From Patescibacteria group bacterium (lineage in GTDB: Bacteria > Patescibacteriota > Patescibacteriia > UBA9570 > JAHJKD01): a stretch of DNA of 64,000 nt. The stretch spans positions 6,511 through 70,510 of the forward strand of contig JAHJKD010000049.1 of the NCBI GenBank assembly GCA_018822435.1, in the 5' to 3' direction. The position numbers and the translations under genes were made by a program. The notes beneath the pieces were generated by a model. It was not told the DNA's origin. It saw only the letters and a program-made list of their open reading frames with translations, and ran no database searches. Of the stretch, positions 39,432 to 49,673 are shown piece by piece. Each line of letters starts with the position of its first letter. Position 1 is the first letter of the stretch.

Positions 39432-39983
39432 TTATTTTTTCTCTTTAATGCCATCCTTCGCCGAGGCTTCGGATGGTCTTCGACTTATTATTACTTTGGC
39501 AGGCTGGACTACCTTGCCGTTTAATCTAAACCCGGATTGGGTTTCTTTGATTATAATATTATCTTTTTCTCCTTTTTCTTCTTTGATGGCTTCATGTAGT
39601 TCTGGATCAAACTTCTCGCCGACTGTTTTTATCTCTTCAATGTTATTATCTTCCAGAAATTTATAAAGATAGTCTTGAATATGTTTCATGCCTTGTATCC
39701 AGTCTGATTCTCTTTCATCTTCTGGAACAGCATTAAAGGCGTGTTTGAAATAATCGACCAGCGGCAGGATCTGCATGAGCATGTCTTCGCAGGCATATTT
39801 GCGAAATTCAGACATCTGCTTTTCTGTAGACTTTTGCAGGTTCTGCATTTCTGCCTGGGACCGTTTCCAGCCGTCTAGATATTCGGCGCATTTTTTCTCT
39901 AAATCAGCCCTTCGATACAATTCTCCGCTCCGCTCCGAATCACTCAGGGCTTCGCCCTTTTTATTTTTTTTATCTTTCTTCAT
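39432..39983 (-). CDS. grpE: Nucleotide exchange factor GrpE
   Basis: R.QAE.QN, LP.VD.F..A, GEKFDPELHEA, G..LNGKV..PAKV. Confidence 0.95.
   Translation of the reverse strand: MKKDKKNKKGEALSDSERSGELYRRADLEKKCAEYLDGWKRSQAEMQNLQKSTEKQMSEFRKYACEDMLMQILPLVDYFKHAFNAVPEDERESDWIQGMKHIQDYLYKFLEDNNIEEIKTVGEKFDPELHEAIKEEKGEKDNIIIKETQSGFRLNGKVVQPAKVIISRRPSEASAKDGIKEKK
39907..39950. repeat. Palindromic element inside the grpE 5' coding region
   Basis: gcccttcgatacaatt...aatcactcagggc; same arms as 48070-48135. Confidence 0.8.
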
Positions 39984-39987
39984 TAAT

Positions 39988-40692
39988 TTAATTAAATTGT
40001 TTGTTTAGATATTTAACAATAGAATAATTCTTGGAATAATCCATGCGCACCGGCCCTAATATGCCAATTACGCCTCTGACTTCAGCATTAAGGCTATAGC
40101 TGGTTAAGATAGCTGAGCAGTTATCTGAAAATGGATTATCTTTACCGACATATATCTCTACGTCATTTCTCATAAAATCGTTCACGTGAGACATGACTTC
40201 GTCTAATTGATCAACCACATCACCTAAATCATAGATGATATTAAGATCGGCAAATTCGGGTTTTTTCAGAATATTGGAAATGCCGGTGTAAAAAAAAGAA
40301 TTAGGGCTTAAAGAAAGGACGACGGCTTGCTCTGATAAGTCGGCGACTGTTTTGGCGATGTTTTTAATCACCTCTTCTTTTTGAACTGACTTGTCTTTGA
40401 GGAGTTTGTCGATGGTTTGGACCTGTTTGGCGTCCGGATCTTTGTCTTTGAGGAAATTGGCAATATAAAAAGAATAGCCCTTTTCGGTCGGGATGCGCCC
40501 GGCGGAAGTATGCGGAGCCGTGATAAAGCCCTCTTCTTCCAGAAAAGCCATGTAATTGCGGGCAGTGGCCGGAGAGATATCCAGCTTGCATTTTTCCACA
40601 ATATATTTGGAACCGACCGGCTTGGCCGTCTTGATATATTCTTCAATAATACGGCTTAAAAACGCCTTTTTCTTAGAATCCATTTGAGTCAT
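39988..40692 (-). CDS. hrcA: Heat-inducible transcription repressor HrcA (short form)
   Basis: YI.T..PVGSK, SPAT.RN.M..LE..G....PHTSAGRIPT..GY, G.LGP.RMDY; start set at MTQMD. Confidence 0.95.
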   Translation of the reverse strand: MTQMDSKKKAFLSRIIEEYIKTAKPVGSKYIVEKCKLDISPATARNYMAFLEEEGFITAPHTSAGRIPTEKGYSFYIANFLKDKDPDAKQVQTIDKLLKDKSVQKEEVIKNIAKTVADLSEQAVVLSLSPNSFFYTGISNILKKPEFADLNIIYDLGDVVDQLDEVMSHVNDFMRNDVEIYVGKDNPFSDNCSAILTSYSLNAEVRGVIGILGPVRMDYSKNYSIVKYLNKQFN

Positions 40693-40709
40693 AGAGATAT
40701 GATAAAACA

Positions 40710-40736
40710 TTAGCACTCTAGTGTCAAGAGTGCTAA
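40710..40736. promoter_or_regulatory. CIRCE operator overlapping a sigma70 promoter (TTGACA 40727-40722, TATCAT 40704-40699)
   Basis: Perfect TTAGCACTC-N9-GAGTGCTAA. Confidence 0.97.
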
Positions 40737-40994
40737 ATTAGGAACACGAAGATGCAAAATATCGAACATCTCGAAGGTAAAGACTTTTATATACAAATAT
40801 CAGTTTTAATACTATTGAGTGCGTCCAGATGATGGCATGAAGGTTTTCTTCGTGGTTTTCGCCATTTCGTGTTTTCGTGATCCAAATACCAACATCCCCT
40901 CTTAGAAGGCCTATATAAGTATAGAAATTCAGTTGAAGGGAGGAAAAGGAGCATGTGATAATCATTCTTTTACTGATTCCCTTCTGATGCGGAG

Positions 40995-41333
40995 TTATAC
41001 GTAGATAACGCGCATGCGTTTCCACTCGCTGGGCAATTCCGTTCGATTTCTGACCCAGGTAATCAGGTACCCGCCTCTTTTGTGGGAATAGAACGCTATT
41101 CCCTGGGGAGGCTGGTCCTGGGCCGCCGCTTGCAGGGCAGCCGGGACACAAGGATCAATTCTTTCGGGCAGCTTAATGAGAGCGGCCCGTTCGGGAATCA
41201 TCAAATTTTTAAATTCCCAGATAGCTTGTTCATTGAGCTCGAATCCGGCGGCGTTGCCACGGAGAATAGGCTCAATGATCATAATGCGAGGCATCCCTTT
41301 CGGGAACCAGCAACGGAAATACTTTTCGCTCAT
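40995..41333 (-). CDS. Orphan hypothetical protein
   Basis: 112-aa ORF with AAGGAG SD, between tRNA-Glu and hrcA. Confidence 0.55.
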   Translation of the reverse strand: MSEKYFRCWFPKGMPRIMIIEPILRGNAAGFELNEQAIWEFKNLMIPERAALIKLPERIDPCVPAALQAAAQDQPPQGIAFYSHKRGGYLITWVRNRTELPSEWKRMRVIYV

Positions 41334-41468
41334 TTCTCAAGCTCCTTTTCCTCGAAACTAAACGCTTTTCCCCTAATAAGCGCTAAAAATAATGTACAAA
41401 AAATGGGGTGTTTATATTACACCTTTTATGTGAAATAATCAATATTAAATTTTAAGACTAAAAATTTG

Positions 41469-41540
41469 CACCGCCTAGGGGAATCGAACCCCTGTTGCAT
41501 GGATGAGAACCATGTGTCCTAGCCACTAGACGAAGGCGGC
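41469..41540 (-). tRNA. tRNA-Glu(CTC)
   Basis: gccgcct/aggcggt acceptor, catgg-tt-CTC-at-ccatg anticodon arm, GTTCGATTCC. Confidence 0.96.
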
Positions 41541-41576
41541 AAAATTTAGGCCCCGATCTTTTCAGGGCCTATTATT

Positions 41577-41861
41577 TTAGAGTTTTTTGTTGATCATGTC
41601 AATCAGCATTTCCATGTTTTTTATTACCCCGTCACCCCAATTTGCCATGGGCCTGTTCTGGAGCAGACCGAATGTTTCATGCACGACCTCAGACAGTTCT
41701 TTGCGTAAATTATCATCTTCCACGTTTACTAAATTCCGGTCAAAATCTTTGAGAATGATGGTGACGTTTTCGACTTGCATCTCGTCAAAGTCAACGCCAT
41801 ATTCCATTTTCTCAAGAATATCTTCAATTTTATTTTTTTGTGCTTCCCAATCAGCTGCCAT
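41577..41861 (-). CDS. Hypothetical protein
   Basis: 94-aa ORF directly after gap. Confidence 0.65.
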   Translation of the reverse strand: MAADWEAQKNKIEDILEKMEYGVDFDEMQVENVTIILKDFDRNLVNVEDDNLRKELSEVVHETFGLLQNRPMANWGDGVIKNMEMLIDMINKKL

Positions 41862-41871
41862 ATATTTTATT

Positions 41872-42885
41872 TTATTTTATTTGTTTTGCTATTTCTACGG
41901 CCTGATCAACCAAGCGAACAGAGTATCCCCATTCATTGTCATACCAGGAAATGATCTTTGCCAGATTTCCACCTGTGACCTTGGTTAAGGACAAATCAAC
42001 AATAGAAGAAGCCGGATTGCCAATGATGTCATGAGAAACAATCGGGTCTTCCGTGCATTCAAGGATGCCTTTTAAGTACCCTTTTTCGGCCGTTTTCAGA
42101 GCTTCGTTAATTTCTTCGGCTGTAGCGTCTTTCTTTAATAAAATGGTCATATCTGATAATGATCCGCAAGGCGTGGGGACCCTGACAGCCATGCCATCGA
42201 AAATTCCTTCTAAATCAGGAATAGTCAGGCCGACTGCTTTGGCCGCGCCGGTTTCCGTGGGAACCATGTTTAAGGCAGCGGCACGGGCACGACGGTAATC
42301 TTTATGCGTTCCATCAACCAGGTTCTGATCCGCAGTATAAGAATGAATAGTGGTCATAAAAGCTTTTTCAACACCAAAGTTATCATTGATAACACGCATT
42401 ACTGGAGCCATACAGTTGGTGGTGCAAGAAGCATTGGAAATAATCAGTTCATCATCTTTCATGTCTTCCTGGTTCACACCAAGAACATAAGTACCGACCG
42501 GGTCGTCCCCTTTGGCCGGAGCAGAAATGATCACGCGCTTGGCACCGGCTTTAAGATGTTTGGAAGCTTGTTCTTTGGTGCGAAAAACGCCAGTGCATTC
42601 CAAAGCGACGTCAACCTCCAGATCTTTCCAGGGAAGATTTTCCGGGTCCTTCTCAGAAAGCTTTAAATATTCTTTGCCGTCGACAATAAGCTTGTCATCT
42701 CCCCTTGCTTCAACCGTGCCCGGATAAACGCCGTAAACAGAATCATACTTAAATAGATAAGCCGACATTTCTACGGGTGAAAGTCCATTGATAGCAACGA
42801 TTTCAATATCATCTCTTTTGGCAGCAGATTTGAATGCGGATTGGCCGATGCGACCGAAACCATTGATGGCAATTTTGATAGGCAT
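41872..42885 (-). CDS. gap: Glyceraldehyde-3-phosphate dehydrogenase, type I
   Basis: INGFGRIG, SNASCTTNC, RVPTP.GS, WYDNEWGYS; start set at MPIKI. Confidence 0.97.
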   Translation of the reverse strand: MPIKIAINGFGRIGQSAFKSAAKRDDIEIVAINGLSPVEMSAYLFKYDSVYGVYPGTVEARGDDKLIVDGKEYLKLSEKDPENLPWKDLEVDVALECTGVFRTKEQASKHLKAGAKRVIISAPAKGDDPVGTYVLGVNQEDMKDDELIISNASCTTNCMAPVMRVINDNFGVEKAFMTTIHSYTADQNLVDGTHKDYRRARAAALNMVPTETGAAKAVGLTIPDLEGIFDGMAVRVPTPCGSLSDMTILLKKDATAEEINEALKTAEKGYLKGILECTEDPIVSHDIIGNPASSIVDLSLTKVTGGNLAKIISWYDNEWGYSVRLVDQAVEIAKQIK

Positions 42886-42896
42886 AATTTTTTTAT

Positions 42897-42921
42897 GAGA
42901 CACGATAAATCGCGTCTTTAC
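42897..42921. repeat. REP-like, copy 3
   Basis: gagacacgataaatcgcgtctttac. Confidence 0.8.
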
Positions 42922-42940
42922 TTAAATTATTAATAATGAT

Positions 42941-43444
42941 TTAAAAAATGGAGACAGCCCCCATTGTAAATAATGTTACTATTATCCCTGCTATTATAAC
43001 CCCTAAAAAGATCAAAGGCAAGGCATTTCTATACTTAATTCCGAACAGCCAGGCAGCTAAAGCTCCTGTATAAGCACCAGTCATGGGCAGGGGAATGGCG
43101 ACAAAAAATATAAGGGCAAAATCACCCCAGGATTTATGTTTGTCGTAAAATCTTTTTCTGGTTCTTTCAAATAACCAATTAAAAAATCTATCAAATATTT
43201 TTATTTTTTTAAGCAGTTTATAAACCGGATCCATTAGATATAAAATAAAAAATACCGGGATCATGTTACCAATAACGGCCGCCACAAAAACTGTTTTCCA
43301 GTCCAGCCCGAAAACACTAATTCCGATCGGGATGGCAGCGCGCAGCTCTCCGACTGGGATCATGGCAATAATAGCCGTGCCAAGCCAGGCCGGAATTCCA
43401 GAGACAAAATTAACTAAAATTTCATCCATATTATTTATTCCCAA
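42941..43444 (-). CDS. Small multidrug export-like membrane protein (COG2426 type)
   Basis: P.GELRAAIP, GNMIPV, FVAIPLP.TGAYTG motifs. Confidence 0.88.
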   Translation of the reverse strand: MGINNMDEILVNFVSGIPAWLGTAIIAMIPVGELRAAIPIGISVFGLDWKTVFVAAVIGNMIPVFFILYLMDPVYKLLKKIKIFDRFFNWLFERTRKRFYDKHKSWGDFALIFFVAIPLPMTGAYTGALAAWLFGIKYRNALPLIFLGVIIAGIIVTLFTMGAVSIF

Positions 43445-44385
43445 TTATAATTATTATAAACCCACTCTACGATATCCTGAGTTTCATAAAATCTCTCATT
43501 ATCATCTTCCACTCCTAAAACAGCCACGATTATTTCATGGCCCCATTCATCTGTATTTAAAGAGAGAAGGCAGAATCCCGCTTCATCTGTGTAACCTGTC
43601 TTGCCGCCGATCATAAATGCATCCCCCCAGGTAATAAGCTTATTTGTATTTTTAATGGCGATCTCTTCATCTGAATCAGTTCTTTTCATGCGGTGATAGT
43701 CCATGCCTAATGGCTCACGGATAACGTCCCGGGCAAAAGCGGCCTTAGCCAGCTTGACCAGATCCTGGGCCGTGGATTGATTGCCCTCTTCCAGGCCGGT
43801 TGGCTCCACAAATGTCGAATCATTCATGCCCAGCATCCGCGCCTTCTCATTCATGAGCTGTTTGTAAATATCGTCGGAAATTTCCGTGGAATGGGCCAAT
43901 GCCAAAGCGGCATTATTGCGGGAACCAACTAAAGCGGTTCTGAGCAAATCATAAGTAGAAAATTGCTCCCCCTCTCCCGCGGGCAGGCGGGCGCCAATCA
44001 GCCAGTTTTCGTCATTGGATATAGAATGCATATGGTTCCAACCCGGATTATGATCCAGAAAAACTAAAACATTCATCAGCTTGGTGATAGAAGCGATGGG
44101 CATGGGCTCTTCCGCGTTTTTCTGCCATAGGATCTTGCCGGAATTTTTATCCACAGCAATAGCCGCCCGAGAACCAATGTCTTCTGGTCCATTGCTTTCT
44201 GTGATTTTTTTTGGAGGTGGGATAGCCAGGGGCAACCGGGGGGAAGGTTCGATTTCCAAGACGGTATCATTGACCTGGTCATAAGTAGGCGGAATATAAA
44301 AAGTCTCTTCAACAAGAACGGCGGGCAGGCCTAAGCCTGTCAGCTGTGCGATTAAAGCTGCTCCGACAATAAAATTATTCAGCAT
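43435..44385 (-). CDS. D-alanyl-D-alanine carboxypeptidase/endopeptidase (peptidase S11)
   Basis: ASITKLM (SxxK), SRN (SxN), KTGYT. Confidence 0.92.
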   Translation of the reverse strand: MLNNFIVGAALIAQLTGLGLPAVLVEETFYIPPTYDQVNDTVLEIEPSPRLPLAIPPPKKITESNGPEDIGSRAAIAVDKNSGKILWQKNAEEPMPIASITKLMNVLVFLDHNPGWNHMHSISNDENWLIGARLPAGEGEQFSTYDLLRTALVGSRNNAALALAHSTEISDDIYKQLMNEKARMLGMNDSTFVEPTGLEEGNQSTAQDLVKLAKAAFARDVIREPLGMDYHRMKRTDSDEEIAIKNTNKLITWGDAFMIGGKTGYTDEAGFCLLSLNTDEWGHEIIVAVLGVEDDNERFYETQDIVEWVYNNYNWE

Positions 44386-44947
44386 GTTGGAAAAAGTCTT
44401 CTTTGTCTTTTTTCTGGTCTACTAATATCTGGCCCAGTTTGATGTCTTTATTCAAGCGTTCAAAATCCGGTAATTCAGAAATTTCTGATATACCTAAATA
44501 TTTCATAAAATCCATGGACACATCATAAACTTCTATGCCTTTTTTCTTTTCCACTTTTTCAGTGATCAATCCCCTGATCATTAAATTCCTGAGAATAAGA
44601 GAACAATTTATTCCCCTGATCATTTCTAGTTCTGCTTTTGTAATCGGACCGCGATAAGCAATGATCGTTAAAGTTTCCAGAGAAGGCCGGGTTAATTCAC
44701 CGGTGCGTTCATCCTTTAAATAAGTCCTGATAATTTCATTGTTATCCGGATGAGTGGCTAATTCTGCCTTGTCCGCCTGCCTGACTAAAATTAAACCAGC
44801 GCCTCTTTCTTCTAGAGAAGCGGATAATTCATTTAAGGCAGTTTTAATTTCCTCTTTGTCTGCGCCAGTCAGATCTGCTAATTTCTTAACAGCCATAGGC
44901 CGGCCAGAGGTAAATAAGAGGGATTCGATTTGTGATTTTAAATCCAT
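44375..44947 (-). CDS. scpB: SMC-Scp complex subunit ScpB
   Basis: IESLLF, LETL.IIAY..PITKAE.E.IRG.N. Confidence 0.95.
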   Translation of the reverse strand: MDLKSQIESLLFTSGRPMAVKKLADLTGADKEEIKTALNELSASLEERGAGLILVRQADKAELATHPDNNEIIRTYLKDERTGELTRPSLETLTIIAYRGPITKAELEMIRGINCSLILRNLMIRGLITEKVEKKKGIEVYDVSMDFMKYLGISEISELPDFERLNKDIKLGQILVDQKKDKEDFFQHAE

Positions 44948-44959
44948 ATATTTTTATTT

Positions 44960-45004
44960 CCTCACCCCCTAGCCCCCTCTCCGCTCCTTTCTGGAGAGGG
45001 GGAA
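44960..45004. repeat. cctcacccc...cctctcc...ggagagggg REP-like hairpin
   Basis: ccccctctcc/ggagaggggg stem; single copy in this window. Confidence 0.5.
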
Positions 45005-45027
45005 TATCTAAGTGAAGAGGTTATTTA

Positions 45028-45738
45028 TTATTCGCGATTCTTCTCTATCGTAATATCAGCAAAATGTTCGTCCTGGGTAACGCAGACCATTTGTTTGCGG
45101 ACCAATTCCAGAAGGGCAAGAAAAGTGACCACGATATCCGCTTTTTGTTCGCCTTTGCCGGTCAAATGATTGAATGATGTTTTTAACTCCTTATGTAAGA
45201 CATCCTGGATAGCGCATATCTTTTCCTTTAATGTAACGGCCTTATCAATGGCCGCCTTAGGCAGCCTAACAATAGGCTCCAAAGATTTCAAGACCAGCTG
45301 GAATATTTCCCTCAATTCCTTAGGTGTCATCTTCTTTTTAGGCGGAGAAAATATCACTTCTTCCGTGCTTGGCTTAGCCTGGGGGCGGCCATAGGCAAAA
45401 TTGCCCTTTAACAATATTTTCTCCATTACTTTCGAAGCTTCAGCATATTCTTTATAAACTTTAAGTTGCTCTTCTAGATTCGTTTCTTCTTCATCGTCAT
45501 CTACTTGTAAGTAAGGGAGTAAAGTCCGGGATTTTAACAATAAAAGCTTAGTGGCCACAACTAAAAAGTCAGCCAGCTCTTCCGGATACAGCTCTTCTAC
45601 TTTATCAAGGTGGTCCACGTATTGCTTCGTGACTTTGGAAAGCGATATTTCCGTAATATCAAGCTTTTCTTCCTCAATCAGATTGAGCAATAAATCTAAA
45701 GGACCTTGGAATTGTTCTAACCTGACTTTATATTCCAT
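45028..45738 (-). CDS. scpA: Segregation/condensation protein ScpA
   Basis: F.GPLDLLL.LI, FL.VA..LL.LKS..LLP, TFLALLEL. Confidence 0.95.
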   Translation of the reverse strand: MEYKVRLEQFQGPLDLLLNLIEEEKLDITEISLSKVTKQYVDHLDKVEELYPEELADFLVVATKLLLLKSRTLLPYLQVDDDEEETNLEEQLKVYKEYAEASKVMEKILLKGNFAYGRPQAKPSTEEVIFSPPKKKMTPKELREIFQLVLKSLEPIVRLPKAAIDKAVTLKEKICAIQDVLHKELKTSFNHLTGKGEQKADIVVTFLALLELVRKQMVCVTQDEHFADITIEKNRE

Positions 45739-46239
45739 TTATTTCTTCTTGGAAAAACTGCCTTTTATTAATTCTGGTTCTAGTTTTAATAAATCTTGGG
45801 ATTTTATTTCTATAGATTCAGTATATTCCCCTGAACTGACTTGAAGTTTTTTCTGATTCAGAAGCGGGCCGTCCATATATGTTGGCATCTTAAATAAACT
45901 GCCAAAAGGCGGGGTTGCGCCGACTTTACCGATCAGGTTTTTCTTCATCCAGGGTTCCTTAGCAAAACTAATCTTCTTGATAGCTTTTTCCCCGGCTTTT
46001 TTTCGGGCCGTATTCACGACTTTCTTAAATTTGGCAGTATCCAGGTTTTTATTCGCCGGCAACATGGCAATAGCATGCTCGCTATCCAGCTTCATGACCA
46101 AAGTCTTAGCAGTTAGCTTAGGGTCCTGCTTTTGCGTGGCGGTACGATCCAGAGCAGTATAAACCTTACGATGTTCAACCACTTCGTATTTGACCTTGTT
46201 ATCGTCTAATAATTTTAATAGCTTCTTGGGAATGGCCAT
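45739..46239 (-). CDS. YbaK/ProXp-like aminoacyl-tRNA deacylase domain protein
   Basis: H...YTA, AKTLV, GATPPFG motifs. Confidence 0.85.
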   Translation of the reverse strand: MAIPKKLLKLLDDNKVKYEVVEHRKVYTALDRTATQKQDPKLTAKTLVMKLDSEHAIAMLPANKNLDTAKFKKVVNTARKKAGEKAIKKISFAKEPWMKKNLIGKVGATPPFGSLFKMPTYMDGPLLNQKKLQVSSGEYTESIEIKSQDLLKLEPELIKGSFSKKK

Positions 46240-47714
46240 TATTTTTTCTTTTTGGATTTATCTTTTGGTTTAGCTTTGGTCTCGCCTTTATCGCGCTTGA
46301 ACTTTTTTCTTTCAACGCAGAGAATTATCAATTTACCGATAAATAATAAGCCGAGCACCTTAGCAGCCGCCAGAGCCGCAGCTGAGGCAATAATATCATC
46401 CTGTAAGTAATAGTAAGAGCCAACATTATCAAACATCTGGATCCAGGCAAACACCGTGATCACAGTGGCCAGAGCCATGAAGGCAAAAGTGACGATAGTG
46501 TCAATGATCTGCAAGACAATAAATACAATCCGAGCTTTAACATTTTTTGTCAGGAAGAAAATCGAAGTGTAGATAATAAAAAGAAGGCCGAATGGAGACA
46601 TAATGCCAATCACGATGCCGATGGCAATAAATACCAGAGTGTACATGACTAGCTGGGTCGTATCCTCACCAGACCATTCATAGCCGCCTTTTACAGTCGC
46701 GTCCTTTTCTGTGTCTTTGGGGAAGATGTCGTTATCCATGTCGGCGTAGGCCATGTAGGTGTAAAGTTTGGTCAGGTAATAATTTGACTGCTCCGCGGTA
46801 ACCCAGGGATCGCCGTTGGTGTCGACAGCCAGGTCCTGTACTTCTTTGCCGTCGATCTTGTCTGCGTATTCCGTGGTCCAGCCAGCCACTTCCTGCTGGT
46901 GGCCAGCAATGATATATAAAGTGATATCAACATAAGCGGGCGGTTCATACGGATAGGGCGGCATTAAAGCGATGTCTTCAGCCACATCGTTGGCAACTGT
47001 GGCCACTTCCCCTTCTATGGCTTCAATAGGCTGGGCGTCAGTCATGATAGTGGGGGCGTCCCCGCCGGAAATCTTGGAAATCTGCAAAGGAAAAACAATA
47101 TTCTTGGCCTGAAAAGTTAATTGCAACGGAGTAGCCGTGCCATAATTCAGCTCATCTTGAATATTTGTATCTTCAGCAAGTTTTGGCTGGATCTTAGCGG
47201 CCACAAAATACCAGCCATTGTTAATATAATCGTTAAAAATATAGGAATATTTTTCCGGATATTTGAAGCCGTTATTATTAAGCCATTTGGTCAAGGCATC
47301 AGGGTCAGTGGCAGACAAAACGGCCACATCATAATAATCAATCGTTTTTTCTTCGATGACGGTGACCTTATCACCGGCCGGAGCCGCAGCTGTTTCCGCC
47401 ATACCCAGGCCAATATCGTTATAATAATAATCACCGGTCTTTTCTTCTAAAGCGGTAAATAATTCCTGATTGCCTTTGGTGACTTCTGGTTTATTCGGAG
47501 TGGGGATAATCCAGGCGAAGTCTTTGGCATTCCCCTGGAAATTCATGCTGAGCACTAAAGTTTCCGTGGTGGTGTCTGATTCATAAAAAATAGCGCCTCT
47601 TTGCCCGGTTTCCCAGATATAGTAATCATCCGGCGGGATCAGTCCCCCGTCAGCCAGGGCCAGCCCTGGTAAGAGCAGGCAAAAAGCCAGTAATGAGAAG
47701 ATTAATTTTTTCAT
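46239..47714 (-). CDS. DUF2330-like secreted/membrane protein
   Basis: Q.G.I, DFAWIIP.P..PEV, L..WL..NG, Y...GWYFVA.K, PL.L.F...IVFPL; C-terminal TMs. Confidence 0.8.
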   Translation of the reverse strand: MKKLIFSLLAFCLLLPGLALADGGLIPPDDYYIWETGQRGAIFYESDTTTETLVLSMNFQGNAKDFAWIIPTPNKPEVTKGNQELFTALEEKTGDYYYNDIGLGMAETAAAPAGDKVTVIEEKTIDYYDVAVLSATDPDALTKWLNNNGFKYPEKYSYIFNDYINNGWYFVAAKIQPKLAEDTNIQDELNYGTATPLQLTFQAKNIVFPLQISKISGGDAPTIMTDAQPIEAIEGEVATVANDVAEDIALMPPYPYEPPAYVDITLYIIAGHQQEVAGWTTEYADKIDGKEVQDLAVDTNGDPWVTAEQSNYYLTKLYTYMAYADMDNDIFPKDTEKDATVKGGYEWSGEDTTQLVMYTLVFIAIGIVIGIMSPFGLLFIIYTSIFFLTKNVKARIVFIVLQIIDTIVTFAFMALATVITVFAWIQMFDNVGSYYYLQDDIIASAAALAAAKVLGLLFIGKLIILCVERKKFKRDKGETKAKPKDKSKKKK

Positions 47715-47727
47715 AATTTTTTGTTTG

Positions 47728-47754
47728 AGGCGGATTTAGTGAAATCCGCTTTCA
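47728..47754. repeat. REP-like, copy 2 of the 36329 family
   Basis: aggcggatttagtgaaatccgctttca. Confidence 0.7.
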
Positions 47755-47764
47755 ATTTTATTTT

Positions 47765-48061
47765 TTAAAATAATTTTTTTTGTTTTGAGGAGAGAATTTT
47801 TTCGGCCGCGGTTTTACCTCTTGTAGTCAGCTCGATTTTTTCCATGAACCACTTTTGCGGCGTTCTGCGGCCATAGCCGATCAACAAGCCTCTGTCAATC
47901 AATCTCTCAATGCTTTTAGTGATATTATTGTGCTGGTCTTTCTTGTCCGGTTTGTCTTTCTTATTTTTGTAAAAATTTAATAAATCCTCTTTTTTATAAT
48001 TATTATTGTGATTATAGACCTCCACTAGAATATATTTTTGCAAACGGGATAATTTTGTCAT
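47765..48061 (-). CDS. Small basic winged-helix-like protein
   Basis: LS.LQKYIL...ITKS.ERLIDRGL...LT..G. Confidence 0.65.
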   Translation of the reverse strand: MTKLSRLQKYILVEVYNHNNNYKKEDLLNFYKNKKDKPDKKDQHNNITKSIERLIDRGLLIGYGRRTPQKWFMEKIELTTRGKTAAEKILSSKQKKLF

Positions 48062-48069
48062 TGTAATTC

Positions 48070-48135
48070 GCCCTTCGATACAATTTTGCTCTACTTCGCC
48101 CTATCGGGCTTCGTAGGAGCAAAATCACTCAGGGC
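48070..48135. repeat. Composite nested palindrome at the aspS 3' end, supplying its stop codon
   Basis: Outer arms match the grpE element, inner arms match the dnaX element; aspS TGA lies in ccctga. Confidence 0.85.
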
Positions 48136-49532
48136 TTCGGTCTAATTTGAATTCCTAATTCATTTAATTGGGATTTGCTGACCTCAGCCGGGGCTTCCAT
48201 CATCATGTCCCTTCCTTCCAGAGTTTTTGGGAAAGCCATAACATCGCGGATATTTTCCGCGCCAGCTAATATCATGACAATCCTATCTAGTCCGGCCGCT
48301 ATACCAGCATGCGGTGGCACGCCGTATTTAAAAGCCTCTAAAAGATGACCAAATTGTTCTTGTACATCTTTTTTGGAATGGCCCATGGCGGCAAAAACGT
48401 CAGCCAGGAGCTTAGGGTCAGGATTACGAACAGAACCACCAAATATTTCCTCGCCGTTTAAAACTAAATCGTATTGCAAGGCTTCAACTTCTTCTAGTTT
48501 GCCTTCAAATATTTTGTCTTTATCGTCTTCGCGAATCTGCGTAAAAGGATGATGAACAGCGGCCCAGGAGCCGTCTTCCCGTTTTTCAAACATAGGAAAG
48601 TCAGTTACCCAGCAAAAGGCCAGTTCGTCTTTGTCTTCTTTATTCTCTCTAATATCAGGCCGGTCTGTCTTATATTTGTCCATGGCCTCTTTGTAAGTCA
48701 TTTTTACAAAAGGCTTAATAGAAAGTTTTTTCTCAGGAGAAACTTTCTCGACTAATTTAATGAGCATGTCTTCTACCAATTTCATGATATCTTCCTGGTC
48801 AGCAAAGCTTACTTCTATGTCTAATTGGGTAAATTCGGCTTGTCGGTCGCCGCGGGCGTCTTCATCCCGGAAACAACGGGCGATCTGGAAATATCTTTCC
48901 ATGCCTGCCACCATTAACATTTGCTTGTATTGCTGGGGAGATTGGGCTAAAGAATAAAATAAACCAGGGAAATTTCTGGCAGGAACCAAATAATCTCTGG
49001 CTCCTTCTGGAGTAGACTTGCTCATATAAGGTGTCTCTATTTCCCAAAAGTCTTGTTTATATAGATATTCGCGAAAAAATCGGATGACATCGTGGCGAAG
49101 TTTGATGTTTTTCTGCATTTTTTCCCGCCTTAAATCAAGATAGCGATATTTCAGGCGATACGCTTCTCTGGATTCTTCTTTTTCCGTGTTTTCTTCAGCT
49201 ATTTCAAAAGGAGGTGTGGCAGATTTGTTCAAAACCTTTAAATCCAATGCCTCTATCTCAACATTTCCAGTAGGATCGCCTTCTTTTATTTGTTTAGGCG
49301 GTCGTTCGTTGACTTTACCCTTTATTTCAACGCAATATTCCGGGCCTAATTCCATGGCTCGAGCCACTAACTTCTTATTATTCGGTAAAAAAACAACCTG
49401 CGCCTTGGCAGAACGGTCGCGCAGGTCAATAAACACCATTTTCCCCATTTTCCGCATACTATGCACCCAACCAGCTAAAGTTACTTCTTGGCCGATATTT
49501 TCAGTTGTCTTTAAAATGTCGATTTTTTTCAT
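48129..49532 (-). CDS. aspS: Aspartate--tRNA ligase (bacterial type, GAD insertion absent)
   Basis: FIDLRD, RYLDLRR, STPEGARDYLVP, QSPQQYKQ, CFRDED.R.DRQ.EFTQLD, HHPFT, PPH.G.A.GLDR; about 467 aa. Confidence 0.95.
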   Translation of the reverse strand: MKKIDILKTTENIGQEVTLAGWVHSMRKMGKMVFIDLRDRSAKAQVVFLPNNKKLVARAMELGPEYCVEIKGKVNERPPKQIKEGDPTGNVEIEALDLKVLNKSATPPFEIAEENTEKEESREAYRLKYRYLDLRREKMQKNIKLRHDVIRFFREYLYKQDFWEIETPYMSKSTPEGARDYLVPARNFPGLFYSLAQSPQQYKQMLMVAGMERYFQIARCFRDEDARGDRQAEFTQLDIEVSFADQEDIMKLVEDMLIKLVEKVSPEKKLSIKPFVKMTYKEAMDKYKTDRPDIRENKEDKDELAFCWVTDFPMFEKREDGSWAAVHHPFTQIREDDKDKIFEGKLEEVEALQYDLVLNGEEIFGGSVRNPDPKLLADVFAAMGHSKKDVQEQFGHLLEAFKYGVPPHAGIAAGLDRIVMILAGAENIRDVMAFPKTLEGRDMMMEAPAEVSKSQLNELGIQIRPKP

Positions 49533-49589
49533 ATATACTTTGTATATTATAAGATAAATATAATATAAAGACAAGCATTATTTTCGTCC

Positions 49590-49666
49590 GTAACCCACAT
49601 GTGTAAAACATGGGGTTACTACCGAAGTAGATTGTTTAACCCCACATTTTATATGTGTGGGTTAAA
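49590..49666. repeat. Pair of related imperfect palindromes (aacccacat...atg(t)ggg(g)tt)
   Basis: gtaacccacatg..catggggttac and tttaaccccaca..tgtgggttaaa. Confidence 0.55.
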
Positions 49667-49673
49667 CAGAATT